A program made the position numbers and the translations under genes. Positions 30,981-44,870 of a stretch of DNA of 64,000 bases are shown in pieces. Numbering within the stretch: position 1 is the first letter of the stretch; the number at the start of each line of letters is the position of its first letter. The notes under the pieces were generated by a model. That model saw nothing but the letters and a program-made list of their open reading frames with translations. It was not told the DNA's origin and ran no database searches. The stretch comes from Microthyrium microscopicum (taxonomy: Eukaryota), in assembly GCA_010405405.1 (NCBI GenBank), contig MU004232.1, forward strand, positions 2,065,481 to 2,129,480, read 5' to 3'.

Positions 30981-32257
30981 TCAGTCGGAATCACCCATCA
31001 AATCTGCTAATTCTCGCTCTTCTTCTTCAGTCATCAAGTTCTCCTTCTTCTCTTCCTCTTTACCCTGCTCAAACACTTCGATTTCCTTCTTCATCTCATC
31101 GGTACCGAGACCCCACCTTCTTACTGTTCCATCGATACCGACACTTACGACTGCCTTTCCGCCAGCAACTATAGCTAGTCCAGTAACTTCATCCCAATGT
31201 CCTCTTAGTCTCGCGAGACATTTGCCCCTGCCGCCTTCCCAAACCCGTACATCCTCATCTCTACTTCCCGTCACTACCAGATCGCGATCCTGTGCCAGAG
31301 CTACACATTTGACATAGTCGTCATGTGCCAAAGTCGTGTCCGCAGTGTAGTTGTGCGCCCGAGAAAGCCGTTTAGATGTTTTGTCTGCACTAGCAGTCCA
31401 TAGGTCACCACTGGTAGAATAAGTCAGACTATATAGTGATGTCTCATGTATCACTAGCGGATCTATATCTGCATCAGATGCTGATTTGGAGACTGGTGTC
31501 TCGCTCGCTGCATCTCCGGTGGAAATCTCGAATGCAGCTTTTGCAGAAACGTGCCAGAAGCGGATCTCTCGATTTGAGTCTCCGCTGGCGATGATAGCTG
31601 ATTCATCATCACTAGGTCCGCCGAGCACATCTGGGAGACTCAAAGGGTCGATAGCGAGTGCTTGAACACCGCGTTGATGGCCTGTCAGGACATGTAATTT
31701 TGTCAAAGATATAGCATCCCAAACAATCAGCGATTTATCTGCTGATGCTGAGACTAGAAGTGGCGTTTCTCGGAATGGAATAACGACGAGAGCTTTCAAA
31801 AAATCCGAGTGCCCTTGCAAGGTGGTAGTCGACGTTGCCGATGCCGGCACTGAGGCCTTTATGGGCCATACGTAGACATTTTTATCCCATGAACCAGCGA
31901 AAAGAGTTCCGGTGGTTGGTGAAGTGACGTGAATAGCAAGACAAGTGAATGGGTTCGGTGGAGTTGATGGACGAAGAGTGTGGGATGTCGTGCCAGTTTC
32001 GAGGCCGATACGCTTGATAGTACCGGCCGCTTCGGCAACATAGATGGCATTTTCGTTGAAGGGATCTGATATCACGCCTAGGAGTTTGGATGGGAGCTTT
32101 ATTGGACTTCCGGCTTGGTTCTTGGATTTTTGAGCTTTGCGGCTTGATTCTGATATCGCAGCACTGTATTTGTGGGTCAGATCTGCGCATCAGAGACGTC
32201 CAATTCGAAGACTTACTCGGTTTGGAAGTAGTGTTCTGCTTCAACTGATTGCCTCAT
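30981..32257 (-). CDS. WD40-repeat protein
   Basis: Repeats GHSDFLKAL..SASADKSLIVWD, GHQRGVQAL, HDDYVKCV..TGSRDEDVRVWE, GHWDEVTGL..DGTVRRW. Exon 1 MRQSVEAEHYFQT followed by a GTAAGT intron. Confidence 0.88.
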
Positions 32258-32584
32258 ATTGACAGGAATATGTTCTGTAACGAGGTGAGGATCGCTCCAG
32301 TTGAAGTTGTCAACAACTGAGGGGCTGCCTGATTTGATTGGAATAGGAGATATATTTGCCACGCATCTTGGTTATAACTTAATAGCATCGTTGCATTAAT
32401 GGTATCTGTTTACTCTGCACAATCTCATGAAGCTCAACTGTTTTTGATATGTCCATACAATTCAAAATATTGAGGAAAGGTGAGAGTCTGGTATTATTCG
32501 CCATAGCCTATACCCGGCCTTCAAAACCCGCTAAAGTCATCCAAATATTATCAAGCCATTAGATCCATACAGTCGTTGAGCTTT

Positions 32585-33802
32585 TCAAAAGCTATAGCCT
32601 TGATTGACGCCCCTCATACTTCTCCACCACTGGGAACTCCTGGCTAATTCGCTATCTTCACCACCGATGACCCAACTCCACTTCGCCAGGAACCATGTTT
32701 TGGCCTCCCAACTCCTTCCGTCCCATGGAGCACCACCACCACCGGCTGCGACTCCAGAGCCGGGTGACACAGATCCCCAGCACATTAGACCACCGCCGTC
32801 CATATCTTGCCAGAACTCGTCTTCGTCCACCATTGGGGGGTCCGCTGTCACCAAGTCGATCAAGCGGTCCCGCAAATCCTTGAATGGCATGATGTCGATG
32901 TAGCATGGATGTTTCACCATGATTTGCTTGCGTGTTGGCCTAAGATCTGGCTTGATGGAGAGGAAAGTCTTTTGAACGGCTTTGACAACCGCTTCTGAGT
33001 CTTGAGCCTTGACTAAATTAGGCCGATAGAAGATCGATAGAGTGTCCTCGGCACAAGGGTCTTCTTCGTACATGCCAAGTGCGAGGAGGTTTGCCTGCGC
33101 AGCGAGAAAAGTTGTTTGAGATTGAAGTGCAAGGTGGTTCATATATGGATCTGCAACATCCCTATACGTCTTGCTGAAGACGAAAAAGTCATCGGATGAT
33201 GCAGGCGAGTTGGAGGTCGTTGAATTCGACCGTGATCCAATGAACGTTATTTGGGAGTTCGGTGCTTTTTTGTCCTGTGAGGCCGATTGAGAATCGATAA
33301 ATGAGGTTTGAATGGTAGGTGAGAGAGATGGCCATGTCAATTCTGTGCTCGTGATGTCGTTTTGAAGATCGGCCACCCAAGCATCGTCTAGGTAGTTATC
33401 CAGGCTGTCCAAGTTGTCCAAACTTTCCAGATTGTCCAGTTCAAAGACACGAGGTTCCAGCGATGAGTTCAACCTTGTGGGATCTGCTATTGAATTGGTA
33501 AATCCAGGGCTCCCTCGAATAGGTATGTTATCAAGTTGCGGTATAGATGGCTCAGCACTTCCGGCCTTGCTGCCATCAGTAACATCGGGGGGGCTTTCTG
33601 GACTAGCTGATTTGGCGGTATTCAGGCCTGCGGCTGCAGCTAGTTGTTCTAATTCCTGCAAGCGTCTCTTTCTCTTTTCTCGATATGTTTTTTGTGCTGC
33701 TCTATTTTGTGCTCTACGTTTATCAGAGGCTTTGAGCACCCGTGATTGGGCCGCGGGCTCGCGTTCTTCTGCTGAGATTGTTGTCATGTCTGATATGGTC
33801 AT
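32585..33802 (-). CDS. bZIP + DUF3425 transcription factor
   Basis: KRRAQNRAAQKTYREKRKRRLQELE basic region; C-terminal LRPT..Q...HP.YID..PF..LRD.LI and PWDGRSWEA..WFL.KW. Confidence 0.88.
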   Translation of the reverse strand: MTISDMTTISAEEREPAAQSRVLKASDKRRAQNRAAQKTYREKRKRRLQELEQLAAAAGLNTAKSASPESPPDVTDGSKAGSAEPSIPQLDNIPIRGSPGFTNSIADPTRLNSSLEPRVFELDNLESLDNLDSLDNYLDDAWVADLQNDITSTELTWPSLSPTIQTSFIDSQSASQDKKAPNSQITFIGSRSNSTTSNSPASSDDFFVFSKTYRDVADPYMNHLALQSQTTFLAAQANLLALGMYEEDPCAEDTLSIFYRPNLVKAQDSEAVVKAVQKTFLSIKPDLRPTRKQIMVKHPCYIDIMPFKDLRDRLIDLVTADPPMVDEDEFWQDMDGGGLMCWGSVSPGSGVAAGGGGAPWDGRSWEAKTWFLAKWSWVIGGEDSELARSSQWWRSMRGVNQGYSF

Positions 33803-34927
33803 CTTGATTCCACAAAATGCATATATGCCCAGGGGCCTTTTCACACCTAAATCAGATTGAAGGCTTGAGGCAGCAACATTTCGTCGCGGTTATTGATGAA
33901 GATGAGCTCAGCATGGGCGCTAAGCTACTTTAGGTTAATGCCAATTTTCCACGAAGTCCAGCAGGAGTGTGGGAGTTCTTCTCCACCCTAACTCCAGTAC
34001 ATCTTCTACGCTTACACTGTCATGGAACATTAATTTCAAGGAGGCTATAATATGCCTTTACACGATTGGGGAAAGTGTCTATTTCTGAGGACGGCGTGCG
34101 ACTCTAGAAGATACACTGTTGTACTCAAACCACCAAACCAGTGTCACACTGCGATTGTCCAGATGAGGTTGCCTAGATCCTAAATCCGAGCTGTTGAAGT
34201 AATTCCTCTTCATGTGCTCAAGGATTAGAAATTTTGTGGACTCCTTCTCATTATCTAGGTGATGGCATGTTGAGGCGCGTCGCCTCTTCGGTAACTACTA
34301 TGTAAAAGATACTGGTGTGTGAACTGAAACCCCTTTCCTGATGGATTCGAAGTTGACAAGCTTCATGATGTGTGCTTGATGCCAATACCATAGTGCTAAT
34401 ATATATTGTTGTAGAGACTGTACATTCACTAAAAATTAAAGATGCGAACCGTCTGTAAACCTTGCTCATTTCCGCCAGCGCCTTACCGTAGCATAATAAT
34501 GCTCCGCCATATCAGAATTAACGAGGCAAGACTTCACAGCTTGACCATGCCAAATCTTGCCCATCCCAGAAACCAGAAAATCCCAGGTAACTAAGTAGTA
34601 AATAGCTTACAGCCGTTGGTGCAAAGCTATAGCTGTATAAGACAATTGATTATACTTGTACTGCCGCCGTAAGGTGAACAAAGCTTACAGCTTCTCCAGC
34701 GAAACCAGGGTTTATGGCATTTCAGCGGTGGGAAATCCAGGTTTTGATTTGATTATAACAGGGGTACTTCGTAAATTTCTCCAAGCACAATTATAGGTAA
34801 CTTTTTTCCGCGTTGTATATAATGATTTAGGGACAGACAACTTCATGTCGCTGGCTGGAGAATCTCTCACGGATTAGTCCCTCCTTTTTGTCACTCCTTT
34901 GAAAGCGTGAGGTTGAATTATATCAAT

Positions 34928-36163
34928 ATGAAGCTTCTGTTTGCTGCTGCAATTCTGGCGGAGGCCACGGCCACCATGGCCAGCCCAATGGAAGAATGGT
35001 TTACTCAGTTCAACGATCCAAGTATCAGAATCCCAGAAATGATGAACGCAACAAGGCTCGCCGCCTGTGATACAACTCCTGCAAAGGCTGGCAACAACGC
35101 AAAGCTTCCCAACCCATTCAAATTCAACAATGGCAAAGCAGTAGCGACCAAGGAGGACTGGGCATGCCGTCGCGAAGAAATGCGCACCATGCTCCAACAA
35201 TTCGAGCTCGGCACAAAGCCCCCAAAGCCCGAGAAAGTCACTGGAACATTCAGCGGTAACAGCCTGAGCATTACATCTTCCGTCGGCGGCAAAACAATGA
35301 CCTTCTCCGTCTCCATCAAGCTCCCCAGCGGTGGCGCTGGCCCATATCCCGTCATCATTGGCAATGGAGGCTCTTCGCTACCCTCTTTCCCTGGTGTAGC
35401 CACCATGATGTTCAATAATAACGACATCGCCGCCAATATGGCCGGCTCCGACCGCGGCAAGGGCAAATTCTACAGCCTCTACCCAGGTTCTGATGCCGGT
35501 GCGCTCACCGCCTGGGCCTGGGCAGTCAGTCGCATCATTGACGTTCTCGAGGAGACACCTGCCGCCAAGATCGACCCCAAGCGCGTCGCCATCACTGGCT
35601 GCTCACGTAACGGCAAGGGCGCCCTGACCATTGGTGCGTTGGATGACCGAATTGCGCTCGTCATCCCAGAAGAATCCGGCTCCGGAGGTACTGCTTGCTG
35701 GCGTCTATGTGATGCGGAAGGCAAGAGCGCGAAGGTGCAGACAGCAAGCCAGATCGTGACCGAGAATGTGTGGTTCAGCAAGAAGTTTGACCAGTACTCC
35801 AAGGCAGTTAACACATTGCCATACGACCATCATTTCTTGCTCGGACTCGTTGCTCCTCGTGGTATGATTACCATTGATAATGCGGAACCAAAGTGGCTAG
35901 GACCTATGGCTTCGTGGGGTTGCTCGAATGCCGCTCGCACAATCTACGATGCTTTGGGAGCGCAGGATAACTTTGGCGAGACGTTGGCTTCGTCGCATCC
36001 TCATTGCTCGTTCCCGGCTGTGCAGAAGCCAGAGGTGGAGGCTTTCGTGAACAAGTTCTTGCTCGGCCAGAGCTCGGTGGCTACTAAGGTGTTCAAGGCA
36101 TATACTGCCCAGCCTTTTGAGAAGAGTCAATGGATTGACTGGACTACCCCTAAACTCACTTAG
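34928..36163 (+). CDS. Secreted 4-O-methyl-glucuronoyl methylesterase (CE15)
   Basis: Signal peptide MKLLFAAAILA; LPNPF, GALTAWAWAVSRIID, catalytic GCSRNGKGA, EESGSGG, LPYDHH. Intronless, no CBM1. Confidence 0.93.
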   Translation: MKLLFAAAILAEATATMASPMEEWFTQFNDPSIRIPEMMNATRLAACDTTPAKAGNNAKLPNPFKFNNGKAVATKEDWACRREEMRTMLQQFELGTKPPKPEKVTGTFSGNSLSITSSVGGKTMTFSVSIKLPSGGAGPYPVIIGNGGSSLPSFPGVATMMFNNNDIAANMAGSDRGKGKFYSLYPGSDAGALTAWAWAVSRIIDVLEETPAAKIDPKRVAITGCSRNGKGALTIGALDDRIALVIPEESGSGGTACWRLCDAEGKSAKVQTASQIVTENVWFSKKFDQYSKAVNTLPYDHHFLLGLVAPRGMITIDNAEPKWLGPMASWGCSNAARTIYDALGAQDNFGETLASSHPHCSFPAVQKPEVEAFVNKFLLGQSSVATKVFKAYTAQPFEKSQWIDWTTPKLT

Positions 36164-36458
36164 CAATAATACTGTGAGGCTATTTAGTGCTCCATTCTAA
36201 ATCAATGTATTACTACAGCCAACGATGCGACAATTGGGAATCTTTATGTGATACACTGAAAAAGGATCTATATCAGATGTGTACTAGAAGTCTTAGGCAG
36301 TTTAGCTCTGAGCCGTCGAGTATATGTTGTGCCTGGATGCTGTGGTATGGTTCCAGTAACAAATGGTTAGACTTGAGTTGTCGAGGCGAGTATGTCTTGT
36401 AGTCGGCAAGTGCAAGACACTTATTTTGACGATACAAAGGGGTTAGATGGGTTTTTCA

Positions 36459-37820
36459 TCACCTACGTTTCTGTAAGTAATAAGCCATTGAGCCTGCCAC
36501 AACTCCGGCCGATAGAAATCGTGTAGCAGCGACCACCAGCGCAGCTCTTTGGATAATTTTGAAGTAGGCCGGTAACCACGCTATCTGAAGATGGCCACGG
36601 CGTCCTCTCACTTCAGATCTGATTCTGCCAAAGTACCGTTCTTCACCATCTAACTGGACCATCATCTGATCTGCGTCGGGCGTAGGCACCTTTTTCGCAA
36701 GCATGCTTTGCTGCAACTCGATATCTTTGGTCTTTCGATAGTTGTATGACAGTATCCAAAGGCAAAATCGCATGTCTAATGCAGTCCAAGATGGATATAT
36801 CCATGTTTGCATTATGTCAAAGGGCGGTATCATGTCGATGAAATCACCAACAACGCCAAGAGTGAGTCCCCAAAGAAGGAGCGTTGCGCCAGTGTCGTCA
36901 ACGCTCTGAAGGCTTCTTCGAGCCGATGTAAGTGGTATAGTGAGATTTGAACCCAATGCTTCGAGAGGTTGGAGTCTCTCTGAGTATTCCTCGGTTTCTG
37001 TCGCAAATTTGGATTCGGACGGGTATAGCCGTATAGCGGCAAACATCATATCACCGGTGATGAATCGATGGAAAAGTTTCTTCATGCCGAAATCTTGCTT
37101 AGACGTCCTTGATGAGGCATCTTGTAGCCAATATGAGCGAAACTTGGGGTTCAATAGAGATCGCATCGGAACCCAGTGGGCAGACGCGACTTCAGTGGGC
37201 TGTAAGCGTAACGACGGTATTGGTTTCGTGAGTACAAATATGTATGGACAGAAAGTCAAAAGACTGTTCAGATTGTCAGGTCAAGATCATGTCACGGCGG
37301 CGTCTGGGGTGGGATCATACGGAACCTCTCCCCAACTAGATGTTATAACGCTCTGAGTCAAGTTTCCGGCTGGTATAGCGTATCCGCTCTCCTCGCGTAG
37401 GTCAATACCGACTTCTTCCCAAGCTTCTCTCACGGCCGCTGCGAAATCGTCTGCGTCCTCAGGATCTCGTCTTCCACCCGGAAAGGCAATATGGCCGGTC
37501 CATTTATCATTCTTGTTTGCCGCGCGCTTTATGAATAGGATCTCCGGATCACCATGCTCAACCCAATCTTGTGAAAAGAAGGCATTAAGCCGGTCTTCGG
37601 TAGATAGAAATTGAGATTCTTCTGGGAGTTCGGAATATGTAGGATAATGTGAGTAATGAGGTTGTATGCGTATGATCAAAGCGACTGAAGCTCGTCTTGG
37701 AACGTCTGAGGGGCTCGGATTTACAGGATAGGGATGTGTATGAAGGTCTAGTAGAAGCTGGTGAATGTAAGGTATGAGTTTAGAGGCGAACATCTGTTGG
37801 GGAATCGTTCTTCGAGGCAT
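36459..37820 (-). CDS. Nudix hydrolase (CoA-pyrophosphatase-like) with C-terminal membrane segment
   Basis: ILFIKRA...WTGHIAFPGGRRDPEDADDFAAAVREAWEEVG Nudix box; EVASAHW; LWGLT. One intron near 37270-37320. Confidence 0.85.
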
Positions 37821-38294
37821 GATGAGCTATGATACAGGTGGAAGGGCGAGTATCCAAGATATGTTCGTAGCGCTTCAGTTCTCCATGCTTCGAATTTTCG
37901 ATTTGTGTTCCAAATGGTAGGTAATTGTGAAGCTTGAGTCAGTTGAATCAAAACTTCAATGAACATACAAGCCTCGGCGATATATTTAGAGTCGTCGGTC
38001 CGATGGGCGCAAGGCAGGAGCCGCATCTTATCTTGAGCAAGGGTTATCTCCGCATCTTATCGTATTCCCTGTTCTTGCACGAGGTGTGCGCGAAGTGCGA
38101 CATCTCATTGGATCACTGCTTCCAAAGCTTTCAATGAATTTGAGCTTGCTCTCCCCGCCTCCACTCTTCTCCTCCGCCCAGAGTTTGCTTGCTCCCGGTC
38201 ACACTACCAATACTGTATACATACCATCCTGTGCTCCTTGAGACATTGGCTTGATCTTTACTTACTGTGAGGTCAATTGGGCTTTGCTGCAGTC

Positions 38295-40734
38295 ATGAGG
38301 TTCGGTAAACAGCTCAATGTCACCATCTATTCTCCCTGGAAGGATCAGTACATCGATTATGCCAAACTAAAGAAGCTACTTCGAGAGTCCAGCTCCACTC
38401 CAGATTCACCCACCCATCATGACGAGGAAGACCAATGGACCGAGGAAGATGAGAGTGCATTTGTTGAAGAGCTCATCAATGTTCAATTGGAAAAGGTTGC
38501 CACCTTTCAAGGCTCCACCTTTCAACGCCTACGCGACGAGACTGCCGACATCGAAAAGCGTCTAGCACCACTTGGTGTCAAGGCTGCAGAAGACGGAGGT
38601 TCTAGTAGCAAGAAGATTTCAGATGAGGATCGGAAATCGACATTGAATGATGCCTTGGGCAAGTTGGATACGATTACCAAAGAGACCAATGAGCTCGCCA
38701 AGTACAGTCGCATCAACTATACCGGCTTCCTTAAAGCGGCCAAGAAACATGATCGCAAGCGAGGGCAGGCATACCGCGTTGGACCTCTCCTCAGAGTACG
38801 CCTTTCCGCTTTGCCATTCAACACCGAAGATTACTCGCCTCTACTCTATCGTCTGTCTGCCATGTACTCTTTTGTTCGCCAGAGTCTAGACGGAAAGGAT
38901 GGTTCTGGTTTGACATTTGAGGAAACCACATCTGCTGATTCCTACACAGCCTACAAATGTAAGAACCAATCCATGCTCCAGGGGCAATGCTAACTCCGTT
39001 AGTCTGGGTCCATCCCGAGAATATGCTAGAAGTCAAGACTATTATTCTTCGAAGACTACCCGTTCTCGTATACAATCCTCAAACCTCAAAGATCGCCGAC
39101 GGTACACAGCAAGACCCAACGGTCACATCCCTCTATTTTGATGACAAGAAATTCTCTCTATACTCCGAAAAGGTGGACCATCAAGGAGAAGCCTCTTCAC
39201 TCCGACTTCGATGGTACGGGGAACTCGATGATCAAACCGAGATCCTTATTGAAAAGAAAGTTATAAAAGACGGAGGCGAAAGTGAAGAACAAAGATTTCC
39301 AATCAAGCCCAAATATGTCACACCCTTCATAACAGGAGATTACAAAATGGAAAAGGCTATCACCAAACTTGAAGATAGAGCTGGCAAAGATTCCAACCAG
39401 GCAATACAGCTCCGCGATGCTGTGAGCGGCATCAAAAAGTTCATCACCGATACCAAAGTCGAGCCAATGATTCGCGCCAATTATACCCGCACTGCTTTCG
39501 AGATCCCTGGCGATGATCGTGTGCGGATTTCTCTTGATACCAACCTTGCCTTCATACGAGAAGATGCTTTAGATCCAGATCGCCCTTGCAGAGAGGCTGG
39601 TGACTGGCATCGCTCCGATATTGATAGTACGCATATGGAGTACCCATTTAACACCATTGGCAGAGGCGAAGTCAATCGATTTCCTTTTGCACTTTTGGAG
39701 ATCAAGATACGCGGAAATAAGAATTACGAATGGGTAGAGGATTTGATGAATTCTCATCTCGTGAAAGAAGTTACTCGATTCTCCAAGTTTGTTCACGGCA
39801 CTTCAATTCTCTTTGAGGATTACGTCAACGCATTTCCGTTCTGGCTAAGCATCATTGATACTGATATCCGGACCGATCCAGTAAAGGCCTTCCAAGAGGA
39901 GAAGGAACGCAAGGCGCAACTAGTTGCTGAAGAACAAGTCATAGGAAGTCTATTTGGTTCGAAAGCAAGCCCAATTCACCGAGGTTCCCTAAGAACTGGC
40001 GGTTTGACAATGTCTCCTGTTGGCTCCCCTGCCAACTCTCAGCCATCAGAGTTCCGTAGAGCCACGGTGGATATGACCCGAACCGACGCACAATCCAAAG
40101 GCAAAGGCCCTGCCATTGTTGACGACTCCGATGATGAGGATGATGTCCCTACCACAAACCCTGAAGCATCCGGAGGTCTTCGCAACCTTTTCCCATCCTT
40201 CTCAACCTCAAAGTTCGCCCAACGCCATCGTCCATTACCACCAGGTGTTACAAAACCAACCTACTGGCTCAAGGATCAGGGTCCGCTTCGAGTGGAGGCA
40301 AAGGTGTGGCTCGCAAACCAACGTACATTCATTAAGTGGCAACATGTTACTGTGTTGCTTGCCTCCTTGTCTCTCGGGTTGTACAATGCTGCAGGAAAAG
40401 ATAACTATATTGCCCGCGCGCTGGCAGTGGTTTATACCGGTTTTGCTATCTTTGCAGGTGCTTGGGGATATGGCGTCTATATGTGGCGGGCTGGTCTGAT
40501 CCGCAAGAGAAGTGCAACAGATTTTGACAACCGACTTGGTCCGATTGTTGTATGTGGTGGATTAGCGGTGGCTCTAGTGCTTAATTTTGTCTTCAAGGTT
40601 TGTCGGCTCCTCCGTCTCAACAAGATTTCTACTGACATATCATGTAGCTTCAAGTCGCATTTGCAGCGCGCGATAATGCTACGACACCATACATTAATGA
40701 CTCTTTGGTAATCCCACATGGAGGAGAATTTTAG
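38295..40734 (+). CDS. VTC2: Vacuolar transporter chaperone subunit Vtc2/Vtc3 (SPX + VTC + DUF202)
   Basis: MRFGK..W...YIDYAKLKK and INYTGFLKAAKKHD (SPX); YK|FWVHPEN, TSLYFD, LRLRWYG, YTRTAF (VTC); VEAKVWLANQRTFIKW plus three TM helices. Two introns. Confidence 0.9.
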
Positions 40735-41129
40735 GAAGCCGGCGTGACGCATTCATACTTGTATATACTTATATATAAACTTAGGACATGAGGCAAGCAC
40801 AGATTGACCCGTTAGCATAGTGGATATCCTTTTTGAGATTGGACGCATTGTTGCATTATCAACAAAATGACAAGATGGAATGGAACACTCCTCACGATGG
40901 GTGAGCGCCTAATCAAGTTTCTCTATCAAAGGTCCATAGCAGTTTTTGATTCGCTGTTCTAACGTTCAAGTAATATGGAAGTGAAGATTTTACACACTCA
41001 AAATAAATGGTAGGAAACTAGAAACTATTCAAGCTGCTCATGATGCTAATAACTCTGGAAAGGAAGATGCACCTTATGCTGATATGTCCCCAAACGCCTT
41101 GCAATGCTTGTATGTTCTGTAATGCCGGC

Positions 41130-43543
41130 CTAAGGAATAGCTAGACCAGCTGCGCGCCTATCCAAGACCGAATCATGAGCAACGTTGAGACTCTTCTCAA
41201 GACCAGCAATGTGCGACGCTGCAAGCTGTGGAACGCTCACAGTCGGTGCCTTCTTATCGGTCGCGCTCTCAGATGGAGCCTTTCCAAGCTTCTTCTTCGC
41301 CTGGCCGTTTCCATTCTTGAAGCCACCAGCAACACAGTCTCTCTTGCCAAAGAACTTGGCATCCGCTGCAGCCTTCCACATCGCTGTAATATCCATCGTC
41401 ATCTCCGCCGTATAGTACAATCGGCAGTCGGCTGGCTCAACGATGAACTGCAACGGTGTGCCAGAATCGTCTCCTTGCCTTAGACCGTCACGCATGTTCA
41501 GCACTGGTCCGCCATTCATTCGATGATATGGCAAGAAACTGTTGAACGTGCTCATCTCTGTGCCGCGCCATGAAGTCTTGAGCGAGGCATCGGCTGCTTG
41601 GTAGAAGTTCATCACGTACTCCATGATGCCGAGCCAGGACCAGTCGTTTGTGCCCTTGGTTCCGCCGACGGCTTGTATGATGTCTTTGTTGAGACGGCCG
41701 CCCATGGCAATGGTTTCGACTTTTCCTTGCTGCCGCATGAGCTCGCTGAAGATCGTGCACGTCGAGGCGCAGTAGCCGTCGTATACTAGGACCATATCCT
41801 CAGCAGTAAATGGAAGGTCGAGAGACGGGAGTGGGTTGGGTCCGTATTTGGTCATTGAAGCTAGACCGCTGTACTCGTTGCCGAGGGGGTCGTTGAGATT
41901 CCATCGTTGCGTGGTCGTAAAGGAGTCTCCGTGGACAGCATGTGGTCCGTATTTTTCCTCCCAGCTGTTGAATGGCTTGTTGTCGATATTGAAGTCGGAG
42001 CGGTAGTTCATGGGGCTCGAGATCCAGTCATCGACGTTGGCGCTATAATTACCGGTGCGCGTGGTGTTGGAGACTAGTTTGCTAACGAGCTTGCCCATCT
42101 CGTCCCATGTTTGATGGGCGCGGAAACGTTGGCCGCCAAATGGTTCGATGGAGGGGAACAATTGCGCAAAGATCTCATAACCAAGCCAGATTGTTCCGCC
42201 GCCATTGGCACTTACGTCGATGACTAGCTTTTTCTTGCCGGCTGCTTTGGCTTTGGATAGGAAAGTGCGAGCAACATCTTGGAATTCCTGTTGGCCAGAG
42301 TCGCCAATGAAGCTGGGAATAGAAAGCACCGCGATATCCTCGTAACCTGGACCGTCAAGGAAGAAGCCACCGAGCTCGTTAGACTTCATGCGCGCGACTG
42401 GAGTTGGATAGCCCGGTGCTGGAATGGCTGTGTCATCTTTTGCGACCGCTGGTGTCTGTGGAAAACGTGGATCGGTCTCGACATTGAATTCTGCTGGAAT
42501 TGCCTCGAGGTCGACCTTCATATCTACGTTTTGTCTGATGAACTTGTCGTAGACTGCTTGTCCGGATGTTAGTCCGGCAAAATCCTTCTTAACATTGGCC
42601 TGATTGCTGAAAGTAAGGACGGTGCCATTTTCAAACTTGATTGTTGTTGATGGTTCAGGATACACAACAGAACCTCTTCCTGCGCCAGAGAAAACTCCAG
42701 CTCCAAGTCCATTAGGGCCAAGAGCTATTTGTGGCAAAGAGTAGAAGAGTGTGCTGAAGTTGTCAGTATGGTTCTGCCGAATAGCAACAAATACTGACTT
42801 GAATAGAGCATCTCGGTCCTGAAGACTTCCGATCGTGCTAAGCTTGAGAAGATACTCCTCAACAGCGTAGTTGTCAATCTCGTCTACAGCAGAAGGCTCA
42901 AAAGAGCTGTCTTTGGCAGCAGCCAATACATCGGAATACACGAAAATATCCGGAACTTCCGTACCATCTTCAGAGACTGAAACTAAAGCAACGCCTCTAG
43001 TCCATGAGAAGAATTCTCTCACAATCTCTGGAGCGAAGTACAAATGACCCTCGTGAGCTGACTGTAGCAAAGTATACAGTTCTAAGGCAAACTTGAAGAT
43101 ATTAGCTGCAGTCTTCGAAACGAACTGTTTGTACAGACCTCATATTCTCCCTTGTATTCACCAGACCTGACCTTACTGGCGATATTGTCCAGTCCACCCA
43201 CCAAATCGACGGATCCAAACAACTTTTGAGCATATTCGGCCGGTGGGTCCTTAAGGAAGGCTACAGTGGTCTGGAAGCTCATGTAAGGCTTGATACTCTC
43301 GACCAAATCTAATGCACCAGTCGAGTTTATTGGAATCGAATGTAGACAATCCCAAGCAAGTTGAGCGGGTACTAATCCTTTGGAGGTAGGAAGACTTGGA
43401 TTCGGCGTCAATGCCGCTGGTATCTGGGCACATGGTGATTGGCCATTGCCATCAGGCTGCGGAAGAGGTGAAGCGAAAGAGAAGGGTAAACAGATGAGAA
43501 GGTTAAAGAGCGAGGATATACTGGGTTTCCTAGAAAGACACAT
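41130..43543 (-). CDS. Secreted peptidase S41 family protein (CPAF-like)
   Basis: Signal peptide; AHEGH, LVIDVSANGGG, YDGYCASTCTIF, QAVGGTKG, PLQF..EPADCRLYYT. Introns near 43085-43138 and probably 42755-42800. Confidence 0.88.
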
Positions 43544-44870
43544 AATGTCGATTGCTTCTTGATCCAGGTGGATAACTAGAACTCATATGAAGTCGTACAT
43601 CTTGTTCAAGGCGACCTTCGCCGAGATCTTATATGCAGCTCAACGCTCGCGAGCCTCGCCGCCCGAATGTCCTGCATCTTTGACCGCTTCCAAGGGCCAA
43701 GCGACTGCAAGGGACGCTGCGGTATCTCAAATGTCCTAGTTAAGCAAGAGAAAGCATTGCCACTATTGAGTGATGAATACTACATGCTAAAAGTATGCAA
43801 ACCTCTTTCCCAAAAAGTTCATCATAACTCCCGTGCCATACGCAGCGGCTATCACCAGGACGGAAGCCAAGGTGTATGTTGATCTTCAGGGGTGTTCACC
43901 AGGGTTCCATTGGACGTGTTCCTGAGTTGAACACCCTGACTCGATCCTTTGGGATAGTTTCTCTTGCCAAGTTCGAACAACATGCCGTGTGGGATGTGAA
44001 GCTGCGGCGATATCCCGCGGTTGGCCGCCAAAGTGGTTGCTTGGCTAGCACTCATCTTATTTCAACCACTAAATGGACTTCGAGTCTGCCGATAGTTGTA
44101 TCGCGTTTGACAAGGCGAAGAACTTGAAAACGTTGCTGCTTTTGAAAGTCGAATGTATTCACGTTCAACTTCTTTGAATCACGTTCACTGAATGTCCTTT
44201 CCTCCAACAGGTATTTTATTTAACACAAGGCCTTCTCGAGCGAAGCGATGGGATTGAACATGCTACATAGCTTCCCGATTGGGCTGAAATTTTAATATAA
44301 ATGATGTTCCTTTTGGATCGACACATGGAGTCGCCCCAGATCTTGGTACTCCACATGTGGAAGCACTGGTTCTTCTTGGGCGACACCCTTGTCAACATAA
44401 AAATAACGGAATTTGAAGATAAGGAAAATTGAAAGTGGTGGTACGGCCTAAAGAAGGTATGGAGAATGCCAATAAGGCTGTCGTGTCACCATGTACACAT
44501 CGTAGTTCAGCATAATCCAAGCCATGTCAGCAGGTGGACGAAATGAACGTCGATATCTCATCAAGTACGATGGTCACCATCGCGCTTTGTATCTAGTAAC
44601 GGCTGGAAGCTCCACCACGGTAAATAGCCTCTACATTCACGATGTCTACAAGGAGAATGGAGGTAAAACAACTTGGCCATGAAATGTAGATAACAAAGAT
44701 CGTACTTCGTGGGATTACGCGATTAGCCTGTTTATTCGGTTGACAGGAAAGATACTTCGAGCTTTATATTCGTCGGATCCAATAATGTCGTATCTGACGC
44801 ATGGTCTTGAATCTCTTGATCAAATACTGCAATTATGTATGTACATGCTATTTAGAACAGGGTATATATG

